From NCBI RefSeq assembly GCF_004010195.1, contig NC_057718.1:81920427-81984426 (forward strand): a stretch of 64,000 bases of DNA, given 5' to 3'. Positions 40,098-52,680 of this stretch are shown one piece after another. Under the pieces are notes generated by a model that saw only the letters and a list, made by a program, of their open reading frames with translations, made no database searches and was not told where the DNA came from. Each line of letters begins with the position of its first letter. Position 1 is the first letter of the stretch. The position numbers were made by a program, and so were the translations under genes. The stretch comes from Chiloscyllium plagiosum (Eukaryota).

Positions 40098-40430
40098 TGT
40101 GTGGCATGTGAGACAATCTGTTTCACTGATTTTGCCTTTGCCCAGGGTGTGTTTATGGGTTGTTCCAATATTGGAACAGTTGCTGTTCAGTAGCTAAATT
40201 ATTCTGTAAACTTTTCTAATAGAGTTAAAGTTATATTAATTCTTCTATTTTTTGTTTGTATTGTTACTGCTGTGTAAAGACAAAGTAGGTTTTGCTTAAA
40301 GCCGAATAGTGTAACCCAACTGAATTACATCTAGAACACAGCACCTTGGACTTGCCTTTAAAAAGATACAAGTTAGGGCCCAGGCTGTCTCCTTGATATA
40401 TTTGAAGGGGGTTTTGTCAGGTCTATAACA
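40098..40430 (+). mobile_element. Partial LTR (3' half) of the 10777-11389 family
   Basis: Aligns with 11070-11389 and ends ggtctataaca. Confidence 0.65.
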
Positions 40431-40475
40431 ACATGTAGGCTCGGTTGAAGTGCTGTAACTTCATGATTACATTAC

Positions 40476-40535
40476 CTTGTGTTGATCTGTTGGCTGGGAT
40501 TCCAGGAGTGATAACAGGTACAAATCATATTCAGC
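40476..40535 (-). CDS. C6orf118: C6orf118 exon (AEYDLYLLSLLESQPTDQHK)
   Basis: 60 nt, tttcag|GCT...AAG|gtaatg; resembles human DEYELYMATLLESQP as recalled. Confidence 0.92.
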
Positions 40536-43500
40536 CTGAAAGATTCAGATTCAGAAGAGAGGTAAAATGGAAAAAGTGAAAACAAATAATAGACAGCATT
40601 TTATGTTACAAAGTTAATTTTTTGTAAAAGTAAAATAAAGCAAACTACATTGCAGAATGAGATTTCCATTTGTTGTTTTCTCTATCAATGTCACTTTCCC
40701 CTGGTTCACGTAGGTAGCCATGCACCATTGATGTCATTTTGTCAGAAAGCAGCAATCAGTTTCAAACTTAAACTAGACTTCTTTTATTGAAAAAACCTTG
40801 AATAAATAATCACAGACACACTTTCAATTTCAACACCTCATCAATGGTGGCCTTATTTTGTAAATTCAAACAATATTAGATGAAGCCATGCATTTTTTTT
40901 TTCCAGTTCAATACATTGTCTGAAATTTCTGCAAATGTAATGAGAACTATATCATTTTTCTGTCAAGCACACACTTACAAATGTTGACAGAATTTGTTAC
41001 ATTGACTTTACTTTTTAAAAAAGCTTTTGAAATTTTCTTCCTGTATAAAATTATCTGAAGAAAAGCTACTGAGCAGAAATCACTAAAAGTTAGAAGAAAA
41101 ATGTTCTATCAATACAGCTGACTCACTGGTGGTGATAAATCCTTGAACATTACTCAGAATGCATAAGTCAAATTCAGGTCATAAAATTAACACTGCTGTT
41201 GAAGTTCTGATTCTAAGATATTAGCTATTACAATTCTGTGGAATGAAATAGCAATTTAAAAGAATAACAGAAAATGTGTTTTTAGATATTTATTGAATCT
41301 GATGAAAAATTGCATAATTAATGCAAGGATTTTGTATAGAATAAAACATTATAAATGATGGCAATAAATAAATAATGCCATAGAAACCTAGACTTGGGAA
41401 AAGATTGGTAGAAAAAAATGTGACAAATGTAACTGCAAAAGGTGGTTAACATAGGAGCTTTTTTTTGAAAATCGTGCGGACTATGTTCTTTTTAAATAAT
41501 TTATGGAGATAGACAATAAATTAAGTAGAGATTAGAATGGTGCTGGTAAAGCACTCTAATCTCGACTCTGGTTTCCAGCATCTGCAGTCCTTGTTTTTAA
41601 CCCAATTAATATAGTAGGACACAGTGCTCCCTCTCTGGTGTTGCAGGTCCACCTCAAATGGTCAAGAGAGAGCATTTCTGTCCCATATCTAGAGATCATG
41701 AATGAGAATTGTTTGGGCACATGTCTAAAATCACATAAGTTTGAAACAAGGTGTCTCCACATGTAATATTCATCCATTCAGAGCAGTTTCCAATATCGAT
41801 AGAGAAGACAGCATGTAGTAATAATATGGATGCAATGTCACAATCAGTTTGAATTCTTAATAGATTTCAATTACTTATGAAATCAAGCTGATGCTTTACA
41901 AAAAAAGATTTCCATTCTAGATTTTTAAAATAAAAAAAAACGTATTCTATAAGTCTTTAAAGATAGCTTTACATACAACTATTATAATTACAGACTTCTT
42001 TACAAAGAAGCCTCTTGACTAGGATAAATTAGACACTTTCAAAACAGACTAGATTCCATCGACAGGGATGTATGCAGGTTTAATTATGATGAATGAAGCT
42101 ATTATGGACCTTTTCAGTAACATCGCAAAATCCATTTACAAGCATAATTGTATGCATTATTTGAAAAGGAAGAAGTGAGTCCGTGAAAATGAAAAGGGAT
42201 TACCATCTCTCAAATGGCAGCCTCACACTATATCCACAATCTTCATTCACAAACCTTTGAAAGATAGTGCAAATCTTAATAATTATTTATGGAGATATTA
42301 TAAAGTATTTTGACAAAATATCCGCGATCGGTAATAGTCTTTCTGCTTATGATCAAGAATGTACAGAATAAAAAAACTCATTCAACTCATTTGAACTCAC
42401 TCCTTCCAGCAGACAAGCTGCATTTTACCACAGTGGACCTGCAAGCTTCATTTAATCACAGGACAGAAGTGAATAATGGAGATATGATGGTGTGGGCACT
42501 TGAAGCAGAGACAATACTACATACAGGAAATATTTGGCCCAACAGTGTGACTTAGAGGTAAATGATCTCAGCAGAAAATATTTATGTGATATGCACTCAC
42601 GGATACATTTTACTGATGTATTATAACCACAAACATGGTACACTTATGAGTGCTGTGATGAAAGTTATTGTTTTCAGTATTGTGCCAGTTTCAAAGAGAA
42701 AAAAGATTAATACCGAAAGAAACCTCGCACCCAAGTATAGCTTTATAAGACTGGGTAGACCTGCTGGCATACAGAATTCAATGTGAACAAGTATTTAGCA
42801 TATTTTAGCAGAAAGAATGCTGGAAAGGTTGATCTAAGTGTGCTAACATTGTAAAAAGGAGAGAGAGCTAGAGGTTCAGATGAGTAAATTCTGCCTCCTG
42901 TGTTCATGGTCATCTTTCCCAGAACTCCATATCTGAAATTCAATAAAATTTCTGACCCTGTCACTGAGCCAAATGCTTATCAAGGTCAGGCATGACATCT
43001 CATGTGTCTTTGAAAAGTATAAAATATCTATCCTTGCCCTGCTAGACAATTCTCCTCTGATGTCTTTCCACTGTAATACAACTGGGTGGCACGACACTCA
43101 TTTGGCCCATTCAAATTATCAAGTCACAGCCAGAAAGTCAAAAAACAGTAGTTTCTCTTCCCATTGCTGCATCTTCATGTCTGGTGACCCTAGGCAGGAT
43201 CTATATTTGGCACATTGCCCTTTCTCATCTACTTGCCCATCAGTAATATCATCCAAAAATATGTTTCACATGTGCCATGCTGACATTTAGCACTACCTCA
43301 TCATCAGTTTTCTAATTTTCTTTCCACATGCCTGGGCAATGATTTCTGGAAGTTAGTACCGCAATTGGTGTGCTGACACTGACTGCTGAATACGGAACTT
43401 GGTAAAGTTTAGAGGGAATTTCGCTCACTGCCACTTCTCTCAATGCCTGTAACGTTGAAAATTTGCTAATTTGAAATCTGGTACTAAATATAAGTTAGCT

Positions 43501-43797
43501 CCAGCTAAACATTACAAAGACTAAAGTCTCTCCATAAACTCTATTCCCCAGCCACCAAGTCTAACCTCCTCTTTTCGCCAGGCAATTTGCAATTTTGATG
43601 TCATACTTGACTCAGAAATAAGATTCTTATCACATATCCACATCCACACTGATTGCTTATTTCAGTGACTTAACATTTTCAGATTGTGCCACTGTCTCGG
43701 CTAGTCTGCTAATGAAGCACTCATCGACGCCTTTACTATCTCAAGATTTGCCTTTTTTAATGTATTCCTGGCTTCTTTACCATGTTCTACCCTGCAG

Positions 43798-45880
43798 TAG
43801 AGTCATATAGGATCAAGACAGGCCCATTGGCCCAAGCTGGTCCATGCCGACCAAAATGTTCATCCACACTAACCCATTTCCCTGCACTTAGCCCATATCC
43901 TTCTAATCCTTTCCTATCGATGTATTTGTCCAAATGCCTTTAGATGTTGTTAATGTACCCATCTTAACCACATCTGCTGGCAGCTCATTCCATATGCACA
44001 TTATTTTCTGTGTAAAAAGGTTGCCCCTCAGGTTCCCTTTTATTCTTTCTCCTCTAACCTTAAACTGATGTTGTCTAGTCCTTGATTCCCCAACGCTAAG
44101 AAAAAGAATGAGTGCATTCACCCTATCAATGCCTCTTCTAAGATCCTGGCAACTTTATAAGGTTCCCTCTCAGTCTCCTACACTCTTAAAAAAAAAAGTC
44201 CCAACTTGTCCAACCTCTCCCTACAACTGAGACCATTGAGACCTGGCAACAACCCCATAAAGTTCTTCTGCATTTTTTTCTGCTTATCCTTCCTACAACA
44301 AGGTGGCCAAAACTGAACATAATACTCCAAGTGCGGCCTCACCAATGTCCTGTATAACTGCAACATAACTTCCTAACTTCTATACTCAATGCCCTGACTG
44401 ATGAAGGCCAGTGTACCAAAAGCCTTTTTCACTATGCTGTCCACCTGAGCCTCCACTTTCAGAGAACTCTGAACCTGAGCTCTAAGATCCTTCTGTTCCA
44501 CTCTACTCCTTAAGGCCCTACCATTCATCAGGAAACTCTGACCTTGATCTGACTTTCCAAAATGCAATACCTCACATTTATCTATATTAAACTTAATTTG
44601 CCATTTCTCGGTCCACTTCCCCAGCTGATCAAAGTCCTGCTGCAATTTCTGATAACCTTCCTCACTGTCCATGATAGTGCCTATTTTAATGTCATCAACA
44701 AAACTTGCTAATCATGCCTTGTACATTCTCATCCAAATCATTGATATAGATAAAAACAGTAATGGGTCCAGCACCGACCCCTGAGGCACTCCACTACCCA
44801 CAGGCCTCCAGTCCGACAAGCATCCTTCCACTATTACCCTCCGTTTACTCCCATCAAGCCAATTTTATATCCAATTTGCCACCTCACCCGGGATTCCATG
44901 TGATCTAACCTTCCAGAGCAGCCTACCATGTTGGACCTTACCAAAGGCCTTACTGAAATCCATATAGACTATGTCTACCACCTTTCCTTCATCAACCTTC
45001 CTGATCACTTCATCAAAGAACTCTAACAAATTTGTATGGCATGATCACCCATGCACAAAGCCATGCTGACGACTCCCAATCAAACTCTATCTTTCCAAAT
45101 ACATGTAAATCTTGTCCCTCAGAATCTTCTCAAGTAATTTAACTACAACAGATGTTAGGCTTACTGGTCTAGAATTCCCATGCTTTTCTTTGCAGCCCTT
45201 CTTGAATATTGGCACAACATTTGCTACCCTCCAGTCTTTTGGGACCTCACACGTGGCTAACAATGATGCAACAATGATTCCTGAAGGGCTTATGCCCGAA
45301 ACGTCGATTCTCCTGTTCCTTGGATGCTGCCTGACCTGCTGCGCTTTTCCAGCAACACATTTTCAGCTCTGATGCAACAATGTCAACCAGGGTCCCTGCA
45401 ATTTCTTCTCTCACCTCTTGCAGTGTTCTTGGATATATCTCGTCAGAACCAAGAGAATTATCTAACTTCATACATTGTAATACATCCAACATCTTCTCTA
45501 CTGTGATATGGACTGTCCTCAAGATATTACCACTAACTGCCCCAAGTTCCCAAGTCCCCAGGTCTTCATGTTTTTCTCCATGGTAAACACAGAGGATAAA
45601 CATTCACTGCGAACCTCACCCATCTCCTGTGGTTCTACGCATTGATCCTGGAGGTGCCCTATTAACACTCTGGTTGTTCTTTTTCCTTTATAATACCTAA
45701 AGTACCACTTTGGATTCACCCTAATATTATCAGCCAAGTGTATTGTGTGACCCCTTTTTGCCCTCCTGATTTCCTTCTTCAGTAAACCCCTGCATTCCCT
45801 GTATACATCCAGTGATTCCCTTGATCCCAGCTGCCTGTACATGAGCCACACCTCCTTTTTCCTGGTCAAAGCCTCAATAA
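43798..45880 (-). mobile_element. CR1-group LINE ORF2 3' portion
   Basis: [45 protein letters not shown]; 3' UTR at 43800-43900. Confidence 0.88.
45277..45369 (+). mobile_element. PLE pseudo-LTR fragment with a 13-bp TSD; hammerhead core carries a deletion
   Basis: TSD tgatgcaacaatg at 45264-45276 and 45370-45382. Confidence 0.85.
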
Positions 45881-46211
45881 AAGCTAGAGTTTGTCAAATA
45901 CTGTTCATGTCCTAACTTGAAGCAAGTCCTACTCATCCACTACCCCTGAACTGTACTTGTTTCCAGTTAAGATATTCTTTAATTTTAAAATACTCATCCT
46001 TGTTTACCATGCATGGTCTTGCCTCTCTCTTTCTAGAAATCTCTGCCAGTCTTACAATTTTATAAAATAGTTTTAGTCTCCTTCTGGTCTCTTGAGCACT
46101 CCGAATTTTTATCATACCATTATTAGTGGCCGTGCCTTTAGCTGCCATGTGCCTAAGGTCTGGATTTCCCTACTCCTTTAAAATGTGCTTAAATGGTATC
46201 TTGTGATGAAA

Positions 46212-46416
46212 GCTGAAAATGTGTTGCTGGAAAAGCGCAGCAGGCCAGGCAGCATCCAGGGAACAGGAGAATCGACGTTTCGGGCATAAGCCCTTCTTCA
46301 GGCTTATGCCCGAAACGTCGATTCTCCTGTTCCCTGAATGCTGCCTGACCTGCTGCGCTTTTCCAGCAACACATTTTCAGCTCTGATCTCCAGCATCTGC
46401 AGCCCTCACTGTATCC
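46212..46416. mobile_element. Fold-back PLE mini-insertion with a 14-bp TSD; intact hammerhead core on the minus strand (46274-46301)
   Basis: Inverted arms; TSD atcttgtgatgaaa at 46198-46211 and 46417-46430. Confidence 0.88.
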
Positions 46417-48983
46417 ATCTTGTGATGAAACGTTGGGCATCATCATTCATTTTTCTTTATGCGAGGCAGTCAAATTTTGCTACATATCACCCATGTGAAC
46501 AACCTTGGGATGTTTTAGGCATTTTATGAAAACAAGCTGCTGTTGTATGATCATGGAGATGATTCATAGAAACCAAAAATATATTCACTTAAAAAAAAAG
46601 AGGGATACAAGAGAAAAGTACTTTACAACACTAACTGCTATTATTTTATGTGGTCTGAAGAGATAATCAAGATCTCATGGAATGATGGATATATTAATTA
46701 ATAGTTAATTGGGTGTGAGTTGGTTCTGTAGATTTGGGGAGCTAGTAGTCAGTGGGGTATGAATTTTATAGAATGCAGTGAACTGAAATAAAATTCTCAT
46801 TAAAAGATTGGACTTGGACTCTGCTTCACAACAGTTATTTTCTTGTGTAGGAGAGAATGGTTGAGTCAAAATGTAATGTTTTGGTATATAATTACCTATT
46901 CCTCTTTTCTGAACATCAGCCTTGTAATCAGTGAAAGACTTAAGTAACCATGTGGACTTGAGTTACTTCTTTCGTAAAGAGGAAAGAAGGTACGGCCTTA
47001 GCACTTTTGTTACCCTACAAAAGCAGGATAAAAATCAAAGTTATTTTGAAATTAGAGCCTGATGATTCGAACCCAGATGAAAATTTAGACAAATTGTCAA
47101 CTTTCATGGATAAAATTTATCAATAAGATCATTTATTGATTTATGGAGGCCCAGACAGATTTTGCTAAATTTTTTAAAAACTGAGGATGGTACTATGGGG
47201 GAGTACATAATGCAATTAAGTAGATTGTATGCAAAACCGTGGAATTTTCAAATGATATTTCAGTAATCTGATCTGGCATTTAAGTTATTGGACTTTGCCA
47301 AAGTATCAAATATGGACAGATTTCTTGGTCAGATAGTTTTGATGAGAGGTAAATTTGTGGATAAACTTAAGCTGCTTGATCAAATGTCAGGAGCATTACA
47401 GATTCCAAGAAAAGGATTCCTTTCCTTCAGCATTCATAGTGCAAAGACAGCAACTGGCAATACTACTGAAAATGGAATAGATGGGCAACAGTACGAAAGG
47501 AAAACCGTAACAAAGAGAAATAAGGACAGAAATGCTATTGGTTGTTTTGGGCAAACAGAATTTGGGATTTACAATGAGTGAGCAAACCCCAGAAATCAAA
47601 TTTTAGATGCAATTCAAAATACCATTACACCATGAACTGTCCCACAGTGTACAACAGAGTAATTTAAACTAAATATGAAATGGACGATTTGGAGGAAGAA
47701 GTTGAATACACAGATCAAAGAAAGGACATTGTAATGGTCACAGAAAGTTTCAGCTCAGTGATGGATGTGATGGTGGCAGATTCTTCTACTTGTGTAGTGT
47801 TAAACAGTGGGTAGAATAGACTGGATAAACTGCTGCCTAGATTCTTGGTGTAATAAGAATCAGGACAAAGTTAAAGAATTTGAGGGTTTCACTAGTTTCA
47901 AATTTGGAAACGATGACACACTAAAACCTTTGAAAAGGGTGATCATTCTTTGTAAAATAGCCAAAATCAATAATTTTATGAGTACAAATGCAGTATGCAG
48001 TGAAATACTGCTGATATAAAGTAGGCCAGTGATGAAGAAAGCATATCCAGTTTTATCAAGCTTTTGTATTTGGAAAAACTGAATTTGTGATTTACATAAT
48101 CAGGAGACAATTGTACTCCTTTACTAGGACATAAGCCTCTCCACTGAAGAAATTAAATAAGTGACATTAATATCAATGGTAGAAACTTAGAAGACAAAAA
48201 ATCAATTGTGTTAAAATTATACTGGTAATTTGCGTATCAAGCCTCCAAAAACATTAAAACTTTCAGGAGAGAATGCAGTAATAAGGGTTGATAGTAAGAC
48301 TAACCTTAGCAAGTGATTTCATTGAGGTAATGGTTGAAGGATAAAGGTATAGAAAAAAATTTATTTTACATTTTGTAGTTTTGGCAACCACATTTTGTCA
48401 GACAACAAGAAGTCATCGTAAAGTAACTGTGGTTAAGGTATTGGAAAAGTGAATAGGAACCAGACATAGACCACTAGCAAAATTTCTCACACATAATAGA
48501 AGGGAAGTTGCTAACAATGAATTCTGAGATTCGTGTGAATATGAACATAATAAGCACGAATACTGTAGCAGCAATCACTTTTAACAATGGGGGAATTGAA
48601 AAGAACCATGCATTACAAAACAAACAACTCTCAAAATTTTGACAAATCGGTTAAACCATAAATTATCATCTACACTAGTACAGGCTGTCCATGCTGAGGA
48701 TTTGTTGCAGATAGTTGGAGGATATAATCTATATCAGTTTGCTTTTAGGTAAGAATTCTGAAGTTCCATCACTAATAGGTAAGGGACTACAAGTAGCTCT
48801 ACTTTTTCCAAGAATGGAGCAGAAAGACATTCATTGAAGCTGAAATTTCAGAAAGAATTTAGCAAAGCTTAAGGTACAAATTAAGGCTATGAGCAACCAG
48901 TTCAATCAGGAGGGTGTGGACTATTGCATGGGTGAGGGACTTAAACAATGGACAGACCTGGAGAAGGTTATTGATAAAGACAA

Positions 48984-49193
48984 CTAGCAGAAAGTGAGGA
49001 CTGCAGATGCTGGAGATCAGAGCTGAAAAATGTGTTGCTGGAAAAGTGCAGCAGGTCAGGCAGCATCAAAGGAGCAGGAGAATCGACGTTTCGGGCATAG
49101 GTCCTGAAGAAGGGCTTATGCCCGAAACGTCGATTCTCCTGCTCCTTTGCTGCTGCCTGACCTGCTGCGCTTTTCCAGCAACACATTTTCAGC
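48984..49193. mobile_element. Fold-back PLE mini-insertion with a 15-bp TSD; intact hammerhead core at 49104-49131 (+)
   Basis: TSD tattgataaagacaa at 48969-48983 and 49194-49208. Confidence 0.9.
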
Positions 49194-49519
49194 TATTGAT
49201 AAAGACAAGAAAATAATAATTGGACAGCATGGGAGCCTGACTGTTCAGGTATTCTCTTCAAGACTGCTTGATATAGATTGCAGGTTTGCAAATATTGAAG
49301 GAGTTATAGAAAATAACTGGGAACCAAGTATCTCTCCAACCATCTGCAACAAATCCTCAGCATGGACAGCCTGTATTAGTGTAGAGCTGTCAGAATCAGC
49401 TGCAAAGCTCTCAGTGTAGAGCTGCAGAGCTGTCAGAATCAAATTGTGCAATGACAATTTGTCTGATGAAGGACAGATCAGTACCGATGGGGCCATTTGA
49501 GGCCACTGGTCAAAAAAGA

Positions 49520-50002
49520 GAAAGTGAGAACTGCAGATGCTGGAGAAGTCAAGAGTCCAAAAGGATAGCGCTGGAAAAGCACAGCAGGTCAGGCAGCATC
49601 CAAGAAGCAGGACAGTTGACATTTCAGATGTCAGATGTCTTCTTCCTTGGGATCCTTCAACCACACGGAGTTAACATCAATCTCACTAGTTTCCAAATCT
49701 CCCCTTCCCTCACCTCATCTCATATCCAACTCCGTAACTCAGCTTTTTGACCTGTCCATCTTCCTTCCCATCTATCCACTCCATCCTCTCCACTGATCTA
49801 TCACAATTATCCCCCCTATCTGCTGCCACCTATCACCTTCCTACCTACCTTCCCCTCAGCCCCAGTCCCACCTCCCTATTTATCTCTTATCCCCCTTCCC
49901 CCTCCGCATTCCTGATGAAGGGCTTTTGCCCAAAACATCGAATCCTCTGCTCCTCGGATGCTCCTGACCTGCTGTGCTTTTCCAGCACCATCCTTTTCTA
50001 CT
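49520..50002. mobile_element. PLE insertion (inverted pseudo-LTR, ORF end, pseudo-LTR) with a 14-bp TSD
   Basis: LGILQPHGVNINLTSF is a PLE ORF C-terminus; mutated hammerhead at 49912; TSD ctggtcaaaaaaga at 49506-49519 and 50003-50016. Confidence 0.82.
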
Positions 50003-50600
50003 CTGGTCAAAAAAGACAACTGCCAGATGTGGATACTAAAGTCAAATATTTAGCAGATGGGTTTAGCCAATGGAGAATGTGACTATTATATGCAGAGCAG
50101 GAAAGGGCAGTGGAAAATATAAAAGCTAGATAAATATACTGGATGAGGTGCAGGTGGTTAGATCCATGAAGATGTTAGGAATATGAAGTACACAAAGGAA
50201 AGGCAATAAAACATTTTCTTAGTCCAATAGTGCACCAGAGAGTGAACATGCCTCTGGAAAGAGATTATATTTTCTTGAAAAACTCCTATTAATATGAGGG
50301 GGGGGGGTCAATCAAACAGTAGCAGTCTAGAAAGAGATAGAAGGCAAAATAGTTTAAATAAAGTCAGAAGTCACATGACACCAAGTTATAGCCGAACAAG
50401 TTTATTTGAAATCACAAGCTTTCCTTCGTCAAAGCATCTGAAACAATATAGGCAGAGGGGCCAAGACCTTAGTTCACTTTGAGAGACAGAATGGGTGATT
50501 TGGCCCCTTTTGCTGTAAAATTATTTGATTCAACGTACCCATTTTTAACTTATACATAATGAAAACAACAAATACTACACATTTTCTGACTGTAAATTAC

Positions 50601-50723
50601 CTTGATTTCTCTTAAGATTTCACAAAGTATTGGTGAGTCCTGACAGATGTCCTCAAATACATCACTAAAAACCTGAAGACGTCTCAAATTTGGTCTAGGG
50701 AGATGGTCTATCTTCATCAGCTC
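50601..50723 (-). CDS. C6orf118: C6orf118 exon (ELMKIDHLPRPNLRRLQVFSDVFEDICQDSPILCEILREIK)
   Basis: 123 nt, cag|GAG...AAG|gtaatt, phase 0/0; resembles human RLHVFGKVFEDICNSS as recalled. Confidence 0.92.
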
Positions 50724-50954
50724 CTGCATTCGTAGTATAATAAATGAAATTACTGATTAAAATGGAGGTCAATCATAAGGTAAACTAGGATACTTAGGTA
50801 GCACAACAACTTGAAATAAACTTTGACAAATAAGACAAAAATACTTGAACAACTATAATAACTGCATCGATAAGTTAAAACATTTGGGAAGTCCTGGTCT
50901 ATGTAGTCAGATCCTTTCCACTGTTTCAGTCATATTCTTTGTTCTTCATCAAAA

Positions 50955-52680
50955 CACAGAAAATAGGAGCAAGTCATTTGGTCCCTCAAGTCTATTCTGC
51001 CATTCTTAAGATCATGACCTTCTAAACCTTTTATTTATTCGTTCACAGGATATGGGCATTGCTGGCTAGGCCAGTATTCGTTGCCCATCCCTAACTGCCA
51101 GGATTGTAGTTGAGAGTCAACCACAAATTTAATAGCCTGTTCCTGCTTTAACCCCATATCCTTTGATCCTTTTAGCCCCAAGTGCTACATCCAACTCCTT
51201 CTTGAAATCATATCATGTTTTGGGCTCAGCTGATTTCTGTGGTAGCTAATTCCAAAAGCTCACCACTTTGCAGGTGAAGAAATTTCTCATCAGTCCTAAA
51301 TGTATTATATCAGCCCTGTATCATTACAATGTGACCCTAGAATTAGAACTTAGAAAGTTCTGGACTTTCCCACTACTGGGAGCATCCTTTCTGCATTTAC
51401 CCTTTCTAGTCCTGTTAGAATTTTATAGACTTCCATGAAGATCCCCCTCATTCTTCTGAACTTCTTTGAATACAGTCTTAACTTATTCAACCTCTACCCA
51501 TATGTCAGTCCCACCATTCTAGGAATCAGTCTGATAAACCTTTGTTGTACTCCCTCTCTTGCAAGAACATCCTTCCTCAAATAAGGAGGCCAAAACTGCA
51601 CACATTATTCCAGGTGTGGTCTCACTAAGGGCCTGTATATTTGCAGCAAGATATCCCTGAGAATCACAGAATCCCTACAATTCAGATAGGAGACCATTTA
51701 TCCCACTTAGTCTGCACTCTCTGAAGAGCATACCACACCCCTACCCTATCTCCATAATCCGGCATTTACCCACCTAACCTAAACAACTCTACTAATAGCT
51801 GCACCACGGACAAATTTACCATGGCCAGTTCATCTAACCTGCTGTGGGAGGAAACCGGAATACTCAGAGGAAACTCACACTGACATGGGGAAAAGATGCA
51901 AATTCCACACAGATAATCACTCAAGGCTGGAACTGAACCTGAGTCCCTGCCACTGTGAAACAATTGTTTAATCACGGAGCCACCATGCCACCCCACTCCT
52001 TACTTGAATTATGAAGACCAATATATTATTTGCCTTCTTTACCACGTGCTGCACCTTCAGCAACTGGTATATGTGGCCACCCAGGTCTTATTGCACATTC
52101 ATTGCAATCAGTTTATAGCCATTTAAGTATTAATCTACCTTCCCATTTTGGCTACCAAAGTGGATAGCCTTACATTCAACCCCATTATATTCCATCTGCC
52201 CATTCACAGAGCTTGTCAAATTACACAGAAACATCTCTGCACTCTCCTCAAAGTTCAATCTCCCACCCAGCTTTGTGTCATCTGCAAATTTGGAGTTGTT
52301 ACATTTAGTTCTCTCATCCAAATCATTAATATATATTGTGAACAGCTGTAGTCCTAGCACTGTTCCATGTGGTACTCCAGTAGTCAATGACTGCCATTCC
52401 GAAAAAGATACATTTATTCCTACTCTTTATTTCCTTCCTGCCAACCAGTTCTCTATTCATCTCAGTATTAGCCTCTAATCTATAGGATCTGTTCCAGATT
52501 CTACAGAATCTTGGAAGATGCCCACCAATGCCTTCACTATTTCTAGAGCCAATTCCTTAGGTACTCTGAGTTATAGTTTATCGGTGAATTTTTTCGGCCA
52601 TCAATCCCATCAATTTCCCCAGTACTATTTCCCCACGAAAACTGATTTCCTTCAGTTTCTTCCGCTCACTAAACCCTGCA
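50955..52680 (-). mobile_element. CR1-group LINE fragments with a nested HE1-like SINE (about 51660-51995)
   Basis: GVPHGTVLGLQLFTIYINDLD..KFADDTKLGG; SINE core gtgggaggaaaccgga. Confidence 0.78.

Larger units (their letters stand above)
46880..50200 (+). mobile_element. Decayed Ty1/copia (GalEa-like) gag-protease-integrase remnant
   Basis: Gag-like FSEHQPCNQ*KT*VTMWT*VTSFVKRKEGTALALLLP; Zn-knuckle remnant near 47610; protease-like SFKFGNDDTLKPLKRVIILC; integrase-like FLTHNRREVANNEF and NNGGIEKNHA; RAGKGSGKYK near 50095. Many stops and frameshifts; no RT or LTRs recognised. Confidence 0.7.

Noticed and set aside
11764..50002. Repeated palindromic units as a CRISPR array or bacterial REP elements
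   Set aside because: They are dispersed, lack regular spacers and cas genes, sit in a vertebrate context, and are explained by PLE insertions.
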